Assembly: GCA_963727445.1 (NCBI GenBank)
Contig: CAVSGI010000008.1
Location: 352,001-416,000, forward strand
Direction of reading: 5' to 3'
Length of the DNA stretch: 64,000 nt
Source: an uncultured delta proteobacterium
GTDB taxonomy: Bacteria > Myxococcota_A > Polyangia > Polyangiales > B10-G4
Shown: in pieces, positions 49,394-60,276 of the stretch
Layout: every line of letters begins with the position of its first letter
Numbering within the stretch: the stretch's first letter is position 1
Made by a program: the position numbers and the translations under genes
Notes under the pieces: model-generated
What the model was told of the DNA's origin: nothing
What the model saw: only the letters and a program-made list of their open reading frames with translations
Database searches by the model: none

Positions 49394-50821
49394 ATGGGAC
49401 TATTCGACTTCTTCAAGAGCGGCCCACCGAAGGATCTGCGCGCCGAGCTCTTCGATGCCGTCGAACGGCAGGACGGCCACGCGCTTTCGCGGCTCTGTGA
49501 CGCGCACCACGCGCAGATCCTCGCCGAGTTCCCGAGCTGGCAGAAGCCGCCCGAGGACGTACGCAGCGACCCGCAGGCCATGCAGCGCTACGCCAACGGG
49601 CTCATCGGCCTCGCGATGTACTTCATGCAGGAGCGCGGCGAACCCGCGCTCCTCACACGCCTGCAGGGGGGCGACGGGTCTTCGGACAATCCCATCAACG
49701 CATGGCATGACGCGCTCAATCGCGCGGAGCGCCACAAGGCGAACCTCGAACTCGACGAGGGCATCGTCGTGCTCGAGGATGCCCTCGCCCGTGCACAGGC
49801 GCTCACGGGCAGCGGGGTCGATCGTCTCTTGCCGATCACCCTCGGCAGCCTGGGTGTGTTGCAGTTCCAGGTCGGCGCGACCGAGGAAGCGTTGTCCTCG
49901 ACGAAACGCGCACTCGATCTATGCCGCGCGGCAAACGACGTCGAGGGGATACAGGCGTACCTCAGCAACCTCTACGAGTTTCACCGCTACGCCGGCGAGA
50001 GCACCGAGGCCGCCGATTGTGCTGAACAGCTCGCCCAGCTCCCGATTCCCGACGGCCCGTGGTTCCGTTCCCAGGCGACCATCGTTCGAAACGGCGAGCC
50101 GCTGAACCGCGTCGTCGTCGTGGTGGAAGGCCGCAAAATGGAGGTCGATGACGCCCCCACGGAGGGCCACCTCACCTTCGTGAACCAGCGCAACCGACAG
50201 AACCTCCTCGCCGCCACCATCTGGACCCAACGGGGCATGGACCTGGGTCGCGAAGGCCGATTCGAAGAGGCGCTCGAGGCGTTCGGAAAAGCGGCGCAGG
50301 CCGACGCGCACGCGCCCGACCCTCACTATCAGTCCGCCGTCACCCACATCTACCTGCGACAGCATCGTGCTGCCGCCGAGGCCTACCGTCGCACGGAGGC
50401 GCTCGCCCCCGGCTGGTTCCATTGCCGCTCCGAGGCCTGGCTCGCCGAACAAGCCGCCGCGGGTCGCCTCCCCCACGACACCCTCATCCTCATCCTCGAA
50501 GCCATCGACGGCCACGGCGATCCCGCCGATCTCCTCCGCCGCGCCCGCATCGCACTCACAGAGACCCCAGACGTCCCCCTGCTCGACCTCGCCGCCGCGA
50601 AGCTCCTCTCCTCCCTCGGCGACCGGCCCGGGGCGATCCCCCACCTTCGCCAAGGCCTCACCAAATCCCCCGAGCCCGACACCAAGACCCGCCTCCTCCT
50701 CGACCTCGCCCTCGCCCTCGACGCGGGCGACGAAAGCACTGCCCTACTGAGGGAAGCCGCCGTCCTCGACGGAAACCTCGTCGCCGGCGCCACGGCGCGC
50801 CTGGCGCTGCGGCGGCGTTGA
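49394..50821 (+). CDS. TPR-repeat protein
   Basis: MGLFDFFK start; several TPR-like helix pairs (GRFEEALEAFGKA..., AAEAYRRTEALAP). Confidence 0.82.
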   Translation: MGLFDFFKSGPPKDLRAELFDAVERQDGHALSRLCDAHHAQILAEFPSWQKPPEDVRSDPQAMQRYANGLIGLAMYFMQERGEPALLTRLQGGDGSSDNPINAWHDALNRAERHKANLELDEGIVVLEDALARAQALTGSGVDRLLPITLGSLGVLQFQVGATEEALSSTKRALDLCRAANDVEGIQAYLSNLYEFHRYAGESTEAADCAEQLAQLPIPDGPWFRSQATIVRNGEPLNRVVVVVEGRKMEVDDAPTEGHLTFVNQRNRQNLLAATIWTQRGMDLGREGRFEEALEAFGKAAQADAHAPDPHYQSAVTHIYLRQHRAAAEAYRRTEALAPGWFHCRSEAWLAEQAAAGRLPHDTLILILEAIDGHGDPADLLRRARIALTETPDVPLLDLAAAKLLSSLGDRPGAIPHLRQGLTKSPEPDTKTRLLLDLALALDAGDESTALLREAAVLDGNLVAGATARLALRRR

Positions 50822-50959
50822 GGCCGGCGTCCACTCACCGCACCCGCTCCCTCCCCACCACCATCACCGGCGGTCGCTCGACCGGCCGCTTCGTTCGGCG
50901 GCCACAAACCCGCCCGCGCCCCCGCCACGCCGCGCACCCCCGCGCGACGCTCCGCGATC

Positions 50960-51592
50960 TCGACCTCCTCCGACAACACGCTCGGCGACTTCGACAACTC
51001 CGTGACCATCGGCGGCTTCGACGTGGTGGGCGGGACGTTCGGGAGCACGTACATCGCGCGGCTCTCCGCGGCGGGCGAGCTCGAGCTCCTCGCGGACCTG
51101 GTCGGGTTCTTCGGTCGGGCGGACATGGAGCTCGGGCCCGACGGGCTCTACCTGAGCAGCGAGTTCCGCGGCTCCTACGACTTCGGCTCGGGGACGATCC
51201 GGCACGACGCGACGAACCCGTTCCTGCTCGCGCTCGATCTGGACGCGGCGTTTCGCTGGGTCGTGTCGGGCGTCGGGCCCGACGACTCGAGCAGCAACGG
51301 CGGGGGCGGCATCGACGTGGCGCCGGACGGGACGCCGTGGATGCTGGGCTCGGTCCAGCGCGAGATCACCTTCGCCGAGACGCGCATCGTCAACCTCGAC
51401 GAGCCCGGCACGTCCTTCGTCGCGCACCTCGCGGCGGCCGACGGCGGGCCCGTGCTCGTCAGCCAGCTCGACGGCCTCGGCGGCGAGTACCTCGGGTGGG
51501 CGGGCGACCGAGGACGCCCCGCTGGAGATTCGCGGCCTCGAGCTCACCGAGGAGCAGCGACTCGCCCCGGGGCGAGCTACTCCCGCCAGTAA
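50960..51592 (+). pseudogene. Fragment of a beta-propeller (SBBP-like) protein
   Basis: GDFDNSVTIGG, EFRGSYDFGS, IDVAPDGTPWMLG blades; no credible start or signal; C-terminus degenerates; start approximate. Confidence 0.55.
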
Positions 51593-51736
51593 TCCTGCCC
51601 CTCCGCTCCGTCGAACGCGCCGCTCTTCGAGCAACACCGCTCGAAACCGCCGCCCGGAGCCACAGGGGCAGGGGTCGTTTCGCCCCAGCTTCTCCACGAG
51701 CACCTTGCCGTCGCCGACGGTGCAGTAGCTCCCCAA
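51577..51736 (-). CDS. Small SEC-C zinc-binding motif protein needing a +1 shift at TTT_CGA (51646-51641)
   Basis: Frame 0: KVLVEKLGRNDPCPCGSGRRF; +1 frame: ERCCSKSGAFDGAEGQDYWRE-stop; TTG start uncertain. Confidence 0.7.
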
Positions 51737-51853
51737 ACTCGCGCCCCCGAGGTCTCAGGACGAGCGCGACGAGATGCTGACGGCGTTGGGCCTGGGCGAC
51801 GACTCGGCGCGGGGCGAGTCGGGCTGACGCGCGGCAGAACGACCGGCGCGGCG

Positions 51854-52111
51854 CTACGAAGCCTTCTTCTCGAGGTCGCCGACGCGCGCCGCGAGGGCAT
51901 CGAGGTCTTCGCGGAGTCGGCGCGTCTCGCCGCCCGCGACGGAGAGGAAGTTGTCGAAGCGCCCTTCGAGGCCGCCCAGGCGCCGGTTGGTCTCGTCCAG
52001 ACGCTGGTTCGTCTCGTCCAGACGCTGGTTCGTCTCGACAGCGAGGTCGGCGAGCGTATCGAAGCCCTTCTCCATGATGCGAGCCAGACGCTCGATTTGC
52101 TCCTTCGTCAT
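51854..52111 (-). CDS. Small coiled-coil protein with heptad repeats (85 aa)
   Basis: GGAGG RBS; ETNQRLD-ETNQRLD-ETNRRLG encoded by 21-bp tandem repeats. Confidence 0.8.
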   Translation of the reverse strand: MTKEQIERLARIMEKGFDTLADLAVETNQRLDETNQRLDETNRRLGGLEGRFDNFLSVAGGETRRLREDLDALAARVGDLEKKAS

Positions 52112-52148
52112 CGCTTCCTCCAGGGTAGCACCGAACCCACGAGGCGGC

Positions 52149-53063
52149 TTATCGGCGGCCGGAACGCCCAGTTGCTCGCGCGGGCCGACGCGCCCTTCTT
52201 CTCCGCGCCGCGCACAACAGGAGCGCGACCATCGTCCAAAGGGGCCAGCTTTCATCTGGCGGGCCAGGCCCGAGCACCGCCGAGCACCCCGCGCCCTCAG
52301 AGCCGCACATCGAGTCGGCGCACGTCGCCGAGCCATTCCGTTCGACGGTGATCCCGAGCGTGGACTCGATTTCCGCGATGCACGCCTCCAGGTCGGGCCC
52401 GTGGACCCACTGCCCATCACAGAAGAGCGCACCCGTGGACTCCTGGCACGCGCGTCGGCAGTCGCCAAAGAAGCCTCCGTAGCAAACCTCGAAGCCCGTC
52501 TCACACCCGAGCTCGTCCTCCACGTTGATCCGAGCGGCGCAGCTGCCATCGCAGCTGGCGTCGCACTTGGGCCCGCAGCCGTCGGTCGCGGACGTGCTGC
52601 TGCAACTCGAGTCGCAGTTGGCGATGAATGTGGTTTCACAGGCGGCCTGACACTGGGCGAGCGCGAGCGACGATTCCGGGTAACGCGAGCAATAGGCAGA
52701 GCACTCCGCCTCCTCGTTCGCGAAGCAGTCATCGAGGCAATCGAAGCCGCTGGCGTCGGGCTCGCACGTGCCCAGGCAGTCGACCGCGCAATCGGCCACG
52801 CAGCTGGCATCCGGGGGATTGGAGCCCGAGGCGCAGGAGTGGTACGCATCCGACGAGCACTGGCGGTCGAAGTTGCTGGCTGCGCAGAGCGTCGAGCATC
52901 CCCGCTCCTCGACGACCAGCGCACAGCCTTCAGTGTCCGGGGCGAGATACACTCCCCTACAGGCGGCGATGTATTGCGCCTCAGCCGAGCGTGGCATCGA
53001 GGCGACCGCAAAAGCTGCCACGCAGAAAACGACCGCCGCGTGGCCGACGCGCTGATCCATCAT
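52149..53063 (-). CDS. Cys-rich secreted protein with MYXO-CTERM-like tail
   Basis: AAGGAGG RBS; signal ending AEA; CxxxC repeats; GCSAV...hydrophobic...RRRRAR. Confidence 0.82.
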   Translation of the reverse strand: MMDQRVGHAAVVFCVAAFAVASMPRSAEAQYIAACRGVYLAPDTEGCALVVEERGCSTLCAASNFDRQCSSDAYHSCASGSNPPDASCVADCAVDCLGTCEPDASGFDCLDDCFANEEAECSAYCSRYPESSLALAQCQAACETTFIANCDSSCSSTSATDGCGPKCDASCDGSCAARINVEDELGCETGFEVCYGGFFGDCRRACQESTGALFCDGQWVHGPDLEACIAEIESTLGITVERNGSATCADSMCGSEGAGCSAVLGPGPPDESWPLWTMVALLLCAARRRRARRPARATGRSGRR

Positions 53064-53092
53064 TCGAAACCTCCTTCGAGCGCGTAAACGGC

Positions 53093-53109
53093 TGCACGCA
53101 ACGCGCCAA
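53093..53109 (-). promoter_or_regulatory. Putative sigma-54 promoter
   Basis: TTGGCGCGTTGCGTGCA on the minus strand; predicted +1 near 53082, just before the RBS. Confidence 0.55.
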
Positions 53110-53269
53110 CGACGCCGGCGCCGCACATCGAGCCCGAACGCGACGACCAGCACTCGGCCGCGCCAATGACCGGGAAATCACGTGCACAGAGTGAGCAGGC
53201 GCTTGCACGCGCATCTTCCCGGCGTGCAGATTTTCGCGCCTGGACGCGTCGCTCCCACGATTGCGAAAG

Positions 53270-53286
53270 CCGGCACGCTCCGTGCG
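53270..53286 (+). promoter_or_regulatory. Putative sigma-54 promoter
   Basis: CCGGCACGCTCCGTGCG = GGCACG-N4-GTGC, 13 nt before the ATG at 53299. Confidence 0.5.
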
Positions 53287-53298
53287 TCCGTCAGGAGC

Positions 53299-53823
53299 AT
53301 GGCCAATCGAATCACGTTCTTCGCCGCCGCGGCTCTGACGTTGGGTGTGGGCTGCAAAGCCTCGATCGACGACCGGTGCGACGAGGGATGTCCCAGCTTT
53401 CTGCTCGGCTCCACCGAGCATTGTGATCGCTACTGCGCGTACGCACGCGACCTGGCGTCAGCTTCCGGATGCGTCGCGGAACATCGATCGCTCTACGCAT
53501 GCCTGGCGACCGAGGGGTGGTCGAGCGGCGCGTGCGAGGAAGCGGACGCCAGGCTCTTCAACTGCGTCGGTATGTCGCCGCCCACGGGCTGCACGCAGGA
53601 GTGCTACGAGTGCGACTCTTCGCTCGATTGCCCCATCATCTGTCCTGTCCTGGCGGCGTCGGCCGCCGCGCAAGGATGCTCGGAGGAGTGGCTCCGCGTC
53701 GACGAGTGCGGAGTGGGCGATCCACCCGAAGTGTGCGCCTCTGGCTCGTGCACCATGGAGGAGATCGACGCATTGAGCGCCTGCGTCGACACGTACTGCA
53801 GCGCTCACCCGGAGGACTGCTGA
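53299..53823 (+). CDS. Cys-rich lipoprotein
   Basis: AGGAG RBS; lipobox GVGC; two similar Cys-helix modules. Confidence 0.8.
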   Translation: MANRITFFAAAALTLGVGCKASIDDRCDEGCPSFLLGSTEHCDRYCAYARDLASASGCVAEHRSLYACLATEGWSSGACEEADARLFNCVGMSPPTGCTQECYECDSSLDCPIICPVLAASAAAQGCSEEWLRVDECGVGDPPEVCASGSCTMEEIDALSACVDTYCSAHPEDC

Positions 53824-54014
53824 GGTCGGCTGGGGGGCTGGGAGGTCGACGGGCTCGCGGAGCGGGCGGGAGACGCGGTGGCGCTGCGCGAAGGCGAAGA
53901 ACGTTCCTCGCCCGCACAAGCCAACGTGCTCGCCTCGTCTCGCAGAGCCTCGGCGAGTCGCTGCGCTCGGAGCTGGCGAATGGACGCCTCTACGTGATCC
54001 GCCTCGGGGCGCGC

Positions 54015-55231
54015 TAAATAACCGATCTCGATTCGGGAACAAGCGAATCTGCTGAGTCTGCGTTTCTCGGGAAGATTGGTGCTCGGGAGCTACGCGGCTT
54101 GTCGGAGTTCCGGACATCGTCCGGGAGGCCACGGGGAAACGGCGTCGAGCCAGACGGAGACGGCGAAGCAGAGATCCACGATATCGCGGTGTTGATGGTT
54201 GCGCGTGACGTTGGCGTGGAGGTCGCACCACATTCGTTCGATCAGGTTTTCATCGGGGCAGTAGGGCGGCAGGAAGTGAAGCTGAATGCGAGGAAGTTCT
54301 CGCAGCGCTGCGATCGTCTCGCGGCTCTTGTGTATTCCGTAGTTGTCGAGGATGACGTGGATGCATCGAGCATCGCGGTAGTGTTCGTCGAGCCTGCGCA
54401 TCATGGCGATGAACAAGCTGCTGTTCTTGACGCCGTCGCCGACCCACAGGACCGTCCCGTCGCAAGCGTCGAGTGTGCCGGCGATGTAGGCCTTCTCGTT
54501 TTTTCCCGGCGTGACGAGGCGTTTCTGCTCGCCGGAGAGCATCCAGTCGAGACCGACCTTGGGGTTGAGATGGATGTCCACCTCGTCCTCGTAGACTGCG
54601 ACCTCGTCGTCGGGAAGTTCGTCCAGGAGCGTTCGGATCTTCTTGAGCCGCCGCCTGCGCTGGCGCTCGGACAGTGGGCACTGCACCGTGGGCTTGGGCC
54701 GCCCCCGCCGTGCTCCGATTCGCCGCAAGATCCTGCTCATGCTGCTGAGGCTCACGCGCAGCCCCGTCTGCTCCTCGCACACGAGGATCAACACCTCGCG
54801 CGTCCACGTCGGCCGAGGGTGTCCATAGTCCCAGGGCGACTGCTGCAGAAGGCTCTGCACCGTGAGCACGTAGGAAGTCGGGATCGGCGGCGGTCCGTTG
54901 TCTCGCCGACCGTCCAGCAATCCGTCTCGACCACCCTCCACGAAGCGCTTCAGCACCCGACTCACCGTCGACGCCGCAACTCCGACCGCCTCACGAATTG
55001 CGGCTCGCCTCTTGCCTCGCACCGCCAGTGCCACGACTTGGGCACGCCGGAACAGATCGACATCACGGGACTTTCCCGCCCACCTCAAAAGGCGCCTTGC
55101 GCGCTGCCGGGACCAGCGCGGTACATTCTCCATGTGGGTCTCCTTTCTCGTGATCTCTCGACAAGCTCACGATCGATTGGAGGCCCACGAACTTCAACCC
55201 ACCACGATCCCGAATCGTGGTCGGCTATTGA
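54015..55231 (-). mobile_element. IS630-family insertion sequence
   Basis: Imperfect TIRs AATAACCGATCTCGATTCGGGA (54017-54038) and TCCCGAATCGTGGTCGGCTATT (55208-55229), 19/22 match; TA on the left, GA on the right. Confidence 0.9.
54090..55133 (-). CDS. IS630-family DDE transposase (347 aa, intact)
   Basis: HTH N-terminus; YEDEVDI, ILDNYGIH, LPPYCPDENLIE. Confidence 0.95.
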   Translation of the reverse strand: MENVPRWSRQRARRLLRWAGKSRDVDLFRRAQVVALAVRGKRRAAIREAVGVAASTVSRVLKRFVEGGRDGLLDGRRDNGPPPIPTSYVLTVQSLLQQSPWDYGHPRPTWTREVLILVCEEQTGLRVSLSSMSRILRRIGARRGRPKPTVQCPLSERQRRRRLKKIRTLLDELPDDEVAVYEDEVDIHLNPKVGLDWMLSGEQKRLVTPGKNEKAYIAGTLDACDGTVLWVGDGVKNSSLFIAMMRRLDEHYRDARCIHVILDNYGIHKSRETIAALRELPRIQLHFLPPYCPDENLIERMWCDLHANVTRNHQHRDIVDLCFAVSVWLDAVSPWPPGRCPELRQAA

Positions 55232-55393
55232 GTGCCTGGTCCAATGAGGTGGAAGGGGAGATCGCGACGGGCGTCGGTCGCGTCGCAAGGAGGGAAACCG
55301 AAGGACGTGCAGCGCACATTCGAGGTTTCCCGACGCCGCGAGGCGGCTGACGAACGAGCGAGAACCCTTCTACGTCATTGGACCAGGCACTAG
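55231..55393. mobile_element. Non-autonomous MITE-like element bounded by CTAG
   Basis: Perfect 17-bp TIRs AGTGCCTGGTCCAATGA (55231-55247) and TCATTGGACCAGGCACT (55375-55391), extendable to 27 bp with 2 mismatches; CTAG at 55390-55393. Confidence 0.8.
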
Positions 55394-55403
55394 TCTTTGT
55401 CCA

Positions 55404-57344
55404 ATGCGCCTTCTCGGATGGCTTGCACTCGGTCTGCTCCTCGGCTGCACCGAAGAACCGACCGAGCGTCCGAGCGCGCCAGCCGTAGCTGACCAGATCA
55501 CGATCTCCGTCCGGCGTGTCTCCGGGGAGATCGATCCCGCCACTGTCGAAGCGGCGCTTCGCGACGAGACTGCCGAGCTCGACCACTGTTTCCGACTGAC
55601 TGCCGGACCGCCGACGGAGGGACGCGAGATGGTCACGCTCGCGATGACCGTCGCGCCGGCCGGTCGCGTGACCAACGTGAGTGGCGTCGCCGACGACAAT
55701 CCAAACGATCGGCTTCGGGGATGTCTGCGAGGCGTGCTGGTCGACACGACCCTGCCCCACGGAGGTGGCCTGGTCATGGCTCGCATATCGCGGGGGCCAC
55801 CCGAGGTGACCGAGCCGGCGGGCGAGGAGACGGCTGCTGGCGCGCGTCTTTCGCCCTCCGAAGCCGAGGACGTCAGGTCGATTCGGGAGGCGATCCGCAG
55901 GCGCCTCGAGGGCGCCGGAGATGAGGGGGCCGTGCTCTTGCGCTTCTACGAAGCCCGAGACTTCCTGCCGGCCTTCTATGACGAAAGCGCGCGTCCCCGC
56001 ACGCACGCCATCACCGAGCTGACCGACGCGGTCGAGGGCGCGCCCAGCCACGGCCTCGCGAAGGCGGACTACCACTTCGAGCGCCTGGCGGCGCAGCGCG
56101 CCACCCCGCCCACGACGCCCGAGGCGATCGCCATCCACGACGTCCTCTTGAGCGACGCCTTCGTGACGCTCGCGACGCACCTGCTCCGCGGCAAGGTCGA
56201 TCCCGTCCACATTCATCCTGCGTGGACCGCCCATCATCGGGCGGGAGACGTGCTCGCGCTTCTGAGGCGCGGGCTGGCGGACGACCCGATCGGGGAGGTG
56301 CTCGCTTCGGCCGCGCCCAGCGACGAGGGCTATGCACGGCTTCGCGAGGCCCTCGCGCGCTACCGGGCGCTCGAGAGGAGCGCACCTCCGCCCGCACCTT
56401 TGGGGCAGCTCCTCGAGGCCCTGGGCGATCTCGAAGAAGGCGATGATCTCGAGAGCGCGATCCGGCACTTTCAACGACGCCACGGGATCGCGGCGAGCGG
56501 CGTGGTGGATGAGCGTACGGAGGCGGCGCTCTCGGTGCCGATGGCCGCCCGCGTCGAAACGCTCCGGGTGAACCTCGAACGCGCGCGCTGGCTCCCCGAA
56601 GATCTCGGCGAGCGCCAGGTGCGCGTCAACATCGCGGGCTTCGACCTGCGCTACATCGAAGGCGGCGCGGTCCGGCTCCGCATGCGCGCGATCGTGGGCA
56701 AGCCCTACCGAAAGACGCCGGTCTTCTCGGACACCATCCGCTACCTGGTGCTGAACCCGACCTGGACGGTGCCCTCCACGATCTTTCGCGAGGATCTCCT
56801 GCCCGAGGTGCGCCGCGACCGGCGCACGCTCGCGCGCCGCGGCCTCGAGGTGCTCAACCCGGACGGGCGAATCGTCGATCCGGCCACCGTTCAGTGGCGT
56901 CGCGTCCACCACGGCGACCTCTACCTGCGCCAGCCCGCGGGACCCAACAACGCCCTCGGCCCCGTGAAGTTCATGTTTCCGAACCCCTACGACGTCTACA
57001 TGCACGGCACGCCGCGGCAGGACCTCTTCGAGGAGGCCGAGCGGGCCTTCAGCTCGGGGTGCATTCGCCTCGAGCGCCCCCTGGATCTCGCCGCGCTCCT
57101 GCTCGCCGATCAGCCGGGCTACGCCCTCGAGGACCTCGAGCGGATCGTCCGGACCCGGCGGACCCAGACCGTCCACCTCACGACACCGGTGCCCGTGCAC
57201 CTGCTCTACGCCACAGCGTGGGTAGAGCCCGATGGGACGGTGCAATTCAGACGCGACATCTACGAGCGCGACGACGCCGTGTCGGAGGCGCTCGGTGCGA
57301 TCAGGCCCGCACTTCAGCCGGCAGAGGCTGCACCGACTCCTTGA
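55404..57344 (+). CDS. L,D-transpeptidase (YcbB/LdtD-like) lipoprotein with N-terminal AgmX/PglI-C-like domain
   Basis: Lipobox LLGC; scaffold and PG-binding (FQRRHGI..SG) segments; NPTWTVP, NALG.VKF.FPN, YMHGTP...SSGCIRL. Confidence 0.92.
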   Translation: MRLLGWLALGLLLGCTEEPTERPSAPAVADQITISVRRVSGEIDPATVEAALRDETAELDHCFRLTAGPPTEGREMVTLAMTVAPAGRVTNVSGVADDNPNDRLRGCLRGVLVDTTLPHGGGLVMARISRGPPEVTEPAGEETAAGARLSPSEAEDVRSIREAIRRRLEGAGDEGAVLLRFYEARDFLPAFYDESARPRTHAITELTDAVEGAPSHGLAKADYHFERLAAQRATPPTTPEAIAIHDVLLSDAFVTLATHLLRGKVDPVHIHPAWTAHHRAGDVLALLRRGLADDPIGEVLASAAPSDEGYARLREALARYRALERSAPPPAPLGQLLEALGDLEEGDDLESAIRHFQRRHGIAASGVVDERTEAALSVPMAARVETLRVNLERARWLPEDLGERQVRVNIAGFDLRYIEGGAVRLRMRAIVGKPYRKTPVFSDTIRYLVLNPTWTVPSTIFREDLLPEVRRDRRTLARRGLEVLNPDGRIVDPATVQWRRVHHGDLYLRQPAGPNNALGPVKFMFPNPYDVYMHGTPRQDLFEEAERAFSSGCIRLERPLDLAALLLADQPGYALEDLERIVRTRRTQTVHLTTPVPVHLLYATAWVEPDGTVQFRRDIYERDDAVSEALGAIRPALQPAEAAPTP

Positions 57345-57784
57345 GGGGACGGGCGTCTCCGGGACAGGAAGTGCATCACCGCCGTGCGCAGATCGTCGAG
57401 GTCCAACGGCTTGTGAAAGAGGCAGGCGGCGCCGGCATTGTCGGCGGCGTCATCCACCGTCCGGTCGGCGTATCCGGTGATCACGATGGCAGGGACCTCC
57501 CAGCCCCAGCCCCGGATCTCGCGCAGGATCGACAGGCCACTCGGGCCCGGCATGCGAATGTCGGACACGATCAGCGAAGGGGGATCGCCGAGCTGCCGCG
57601 CCGCACGCAGCTCGTCGAAGAGCGCCAGGCCGCTGTTCACGTCCACGATCTCGTATCCGTCCCGCCTCAGAGCGTCGACGAGCAGGCTTCGCATCTCGGG
57701 GTCGTCTTCGGCCACGACAACGCGCGGGGGGTGGTGCGCGGTGCCTTGGGAAGGCGGGCTGGAATCGGTTCGCGGTACTGCCAT
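57314..57784 (-). CDS. Stand-alone response regulator receiver
   Basis: VAEDD, SDIRMP, VITG, KP; GAGGTG RBS. Confidence 0.9.
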   Translation of the reverse strand: MAVPRTDSSPPSQGTAHHPPRVVVAEDDPEMRSLLVDALRRDGYEIVDVNSGLALFDELRAARQLGDPPSLIVSDIRMPGPSGLSILREIRGWGWEVPAIVITGYADRTVDDAADNAGAACLFHKPLDLDDLRTAVMHFLSRRRPSPQGVGAASAG

Positions 57785-57807
57785 GACACACCTCGAGGCC
57801 ATACGAC

Positions 57808-57824
57808 TGCATGCGCCGTGCCCC
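57808..57824 (-). promoter_or_regulatory. Putative sigma-54 promoter
   Basis: GGGGCACGGCGCATGCA on the minus strand = GGCACG-N4-ATGCA, about 25 nt before ATG 57784. Confidence 0.5.
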
Positions 57825-57926
57825 AGCAGACACGGGTCGATCGTCGGCTTTTCCTGCGGCGGGGTGAGGCAAAAGAGCCCCCCGGCCTGCGCATGAGGCG
57901 TTTCGCCTCGGGGAATATCGGGCGGC

Positions 57927-59048
<1,122 letters not shown>

Positions 59049-59055
59049 GGCGCTC

Positions 59056-60243
<1,188 letters not shown>

Positions 60244-60276
60244 GGGGGCAGAGAATACCCAGGCGGAGATGGATCG

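Noticed and set aside
50819..51002. Readthrough of the TPR gene TGA into the in-frame beta-propeller fragment
   Set aside because: The intervening sequence is low-complexity and Pro/Ala-rich, and the TPR protein ends plausibly; in-frame chance is 1 in 3.
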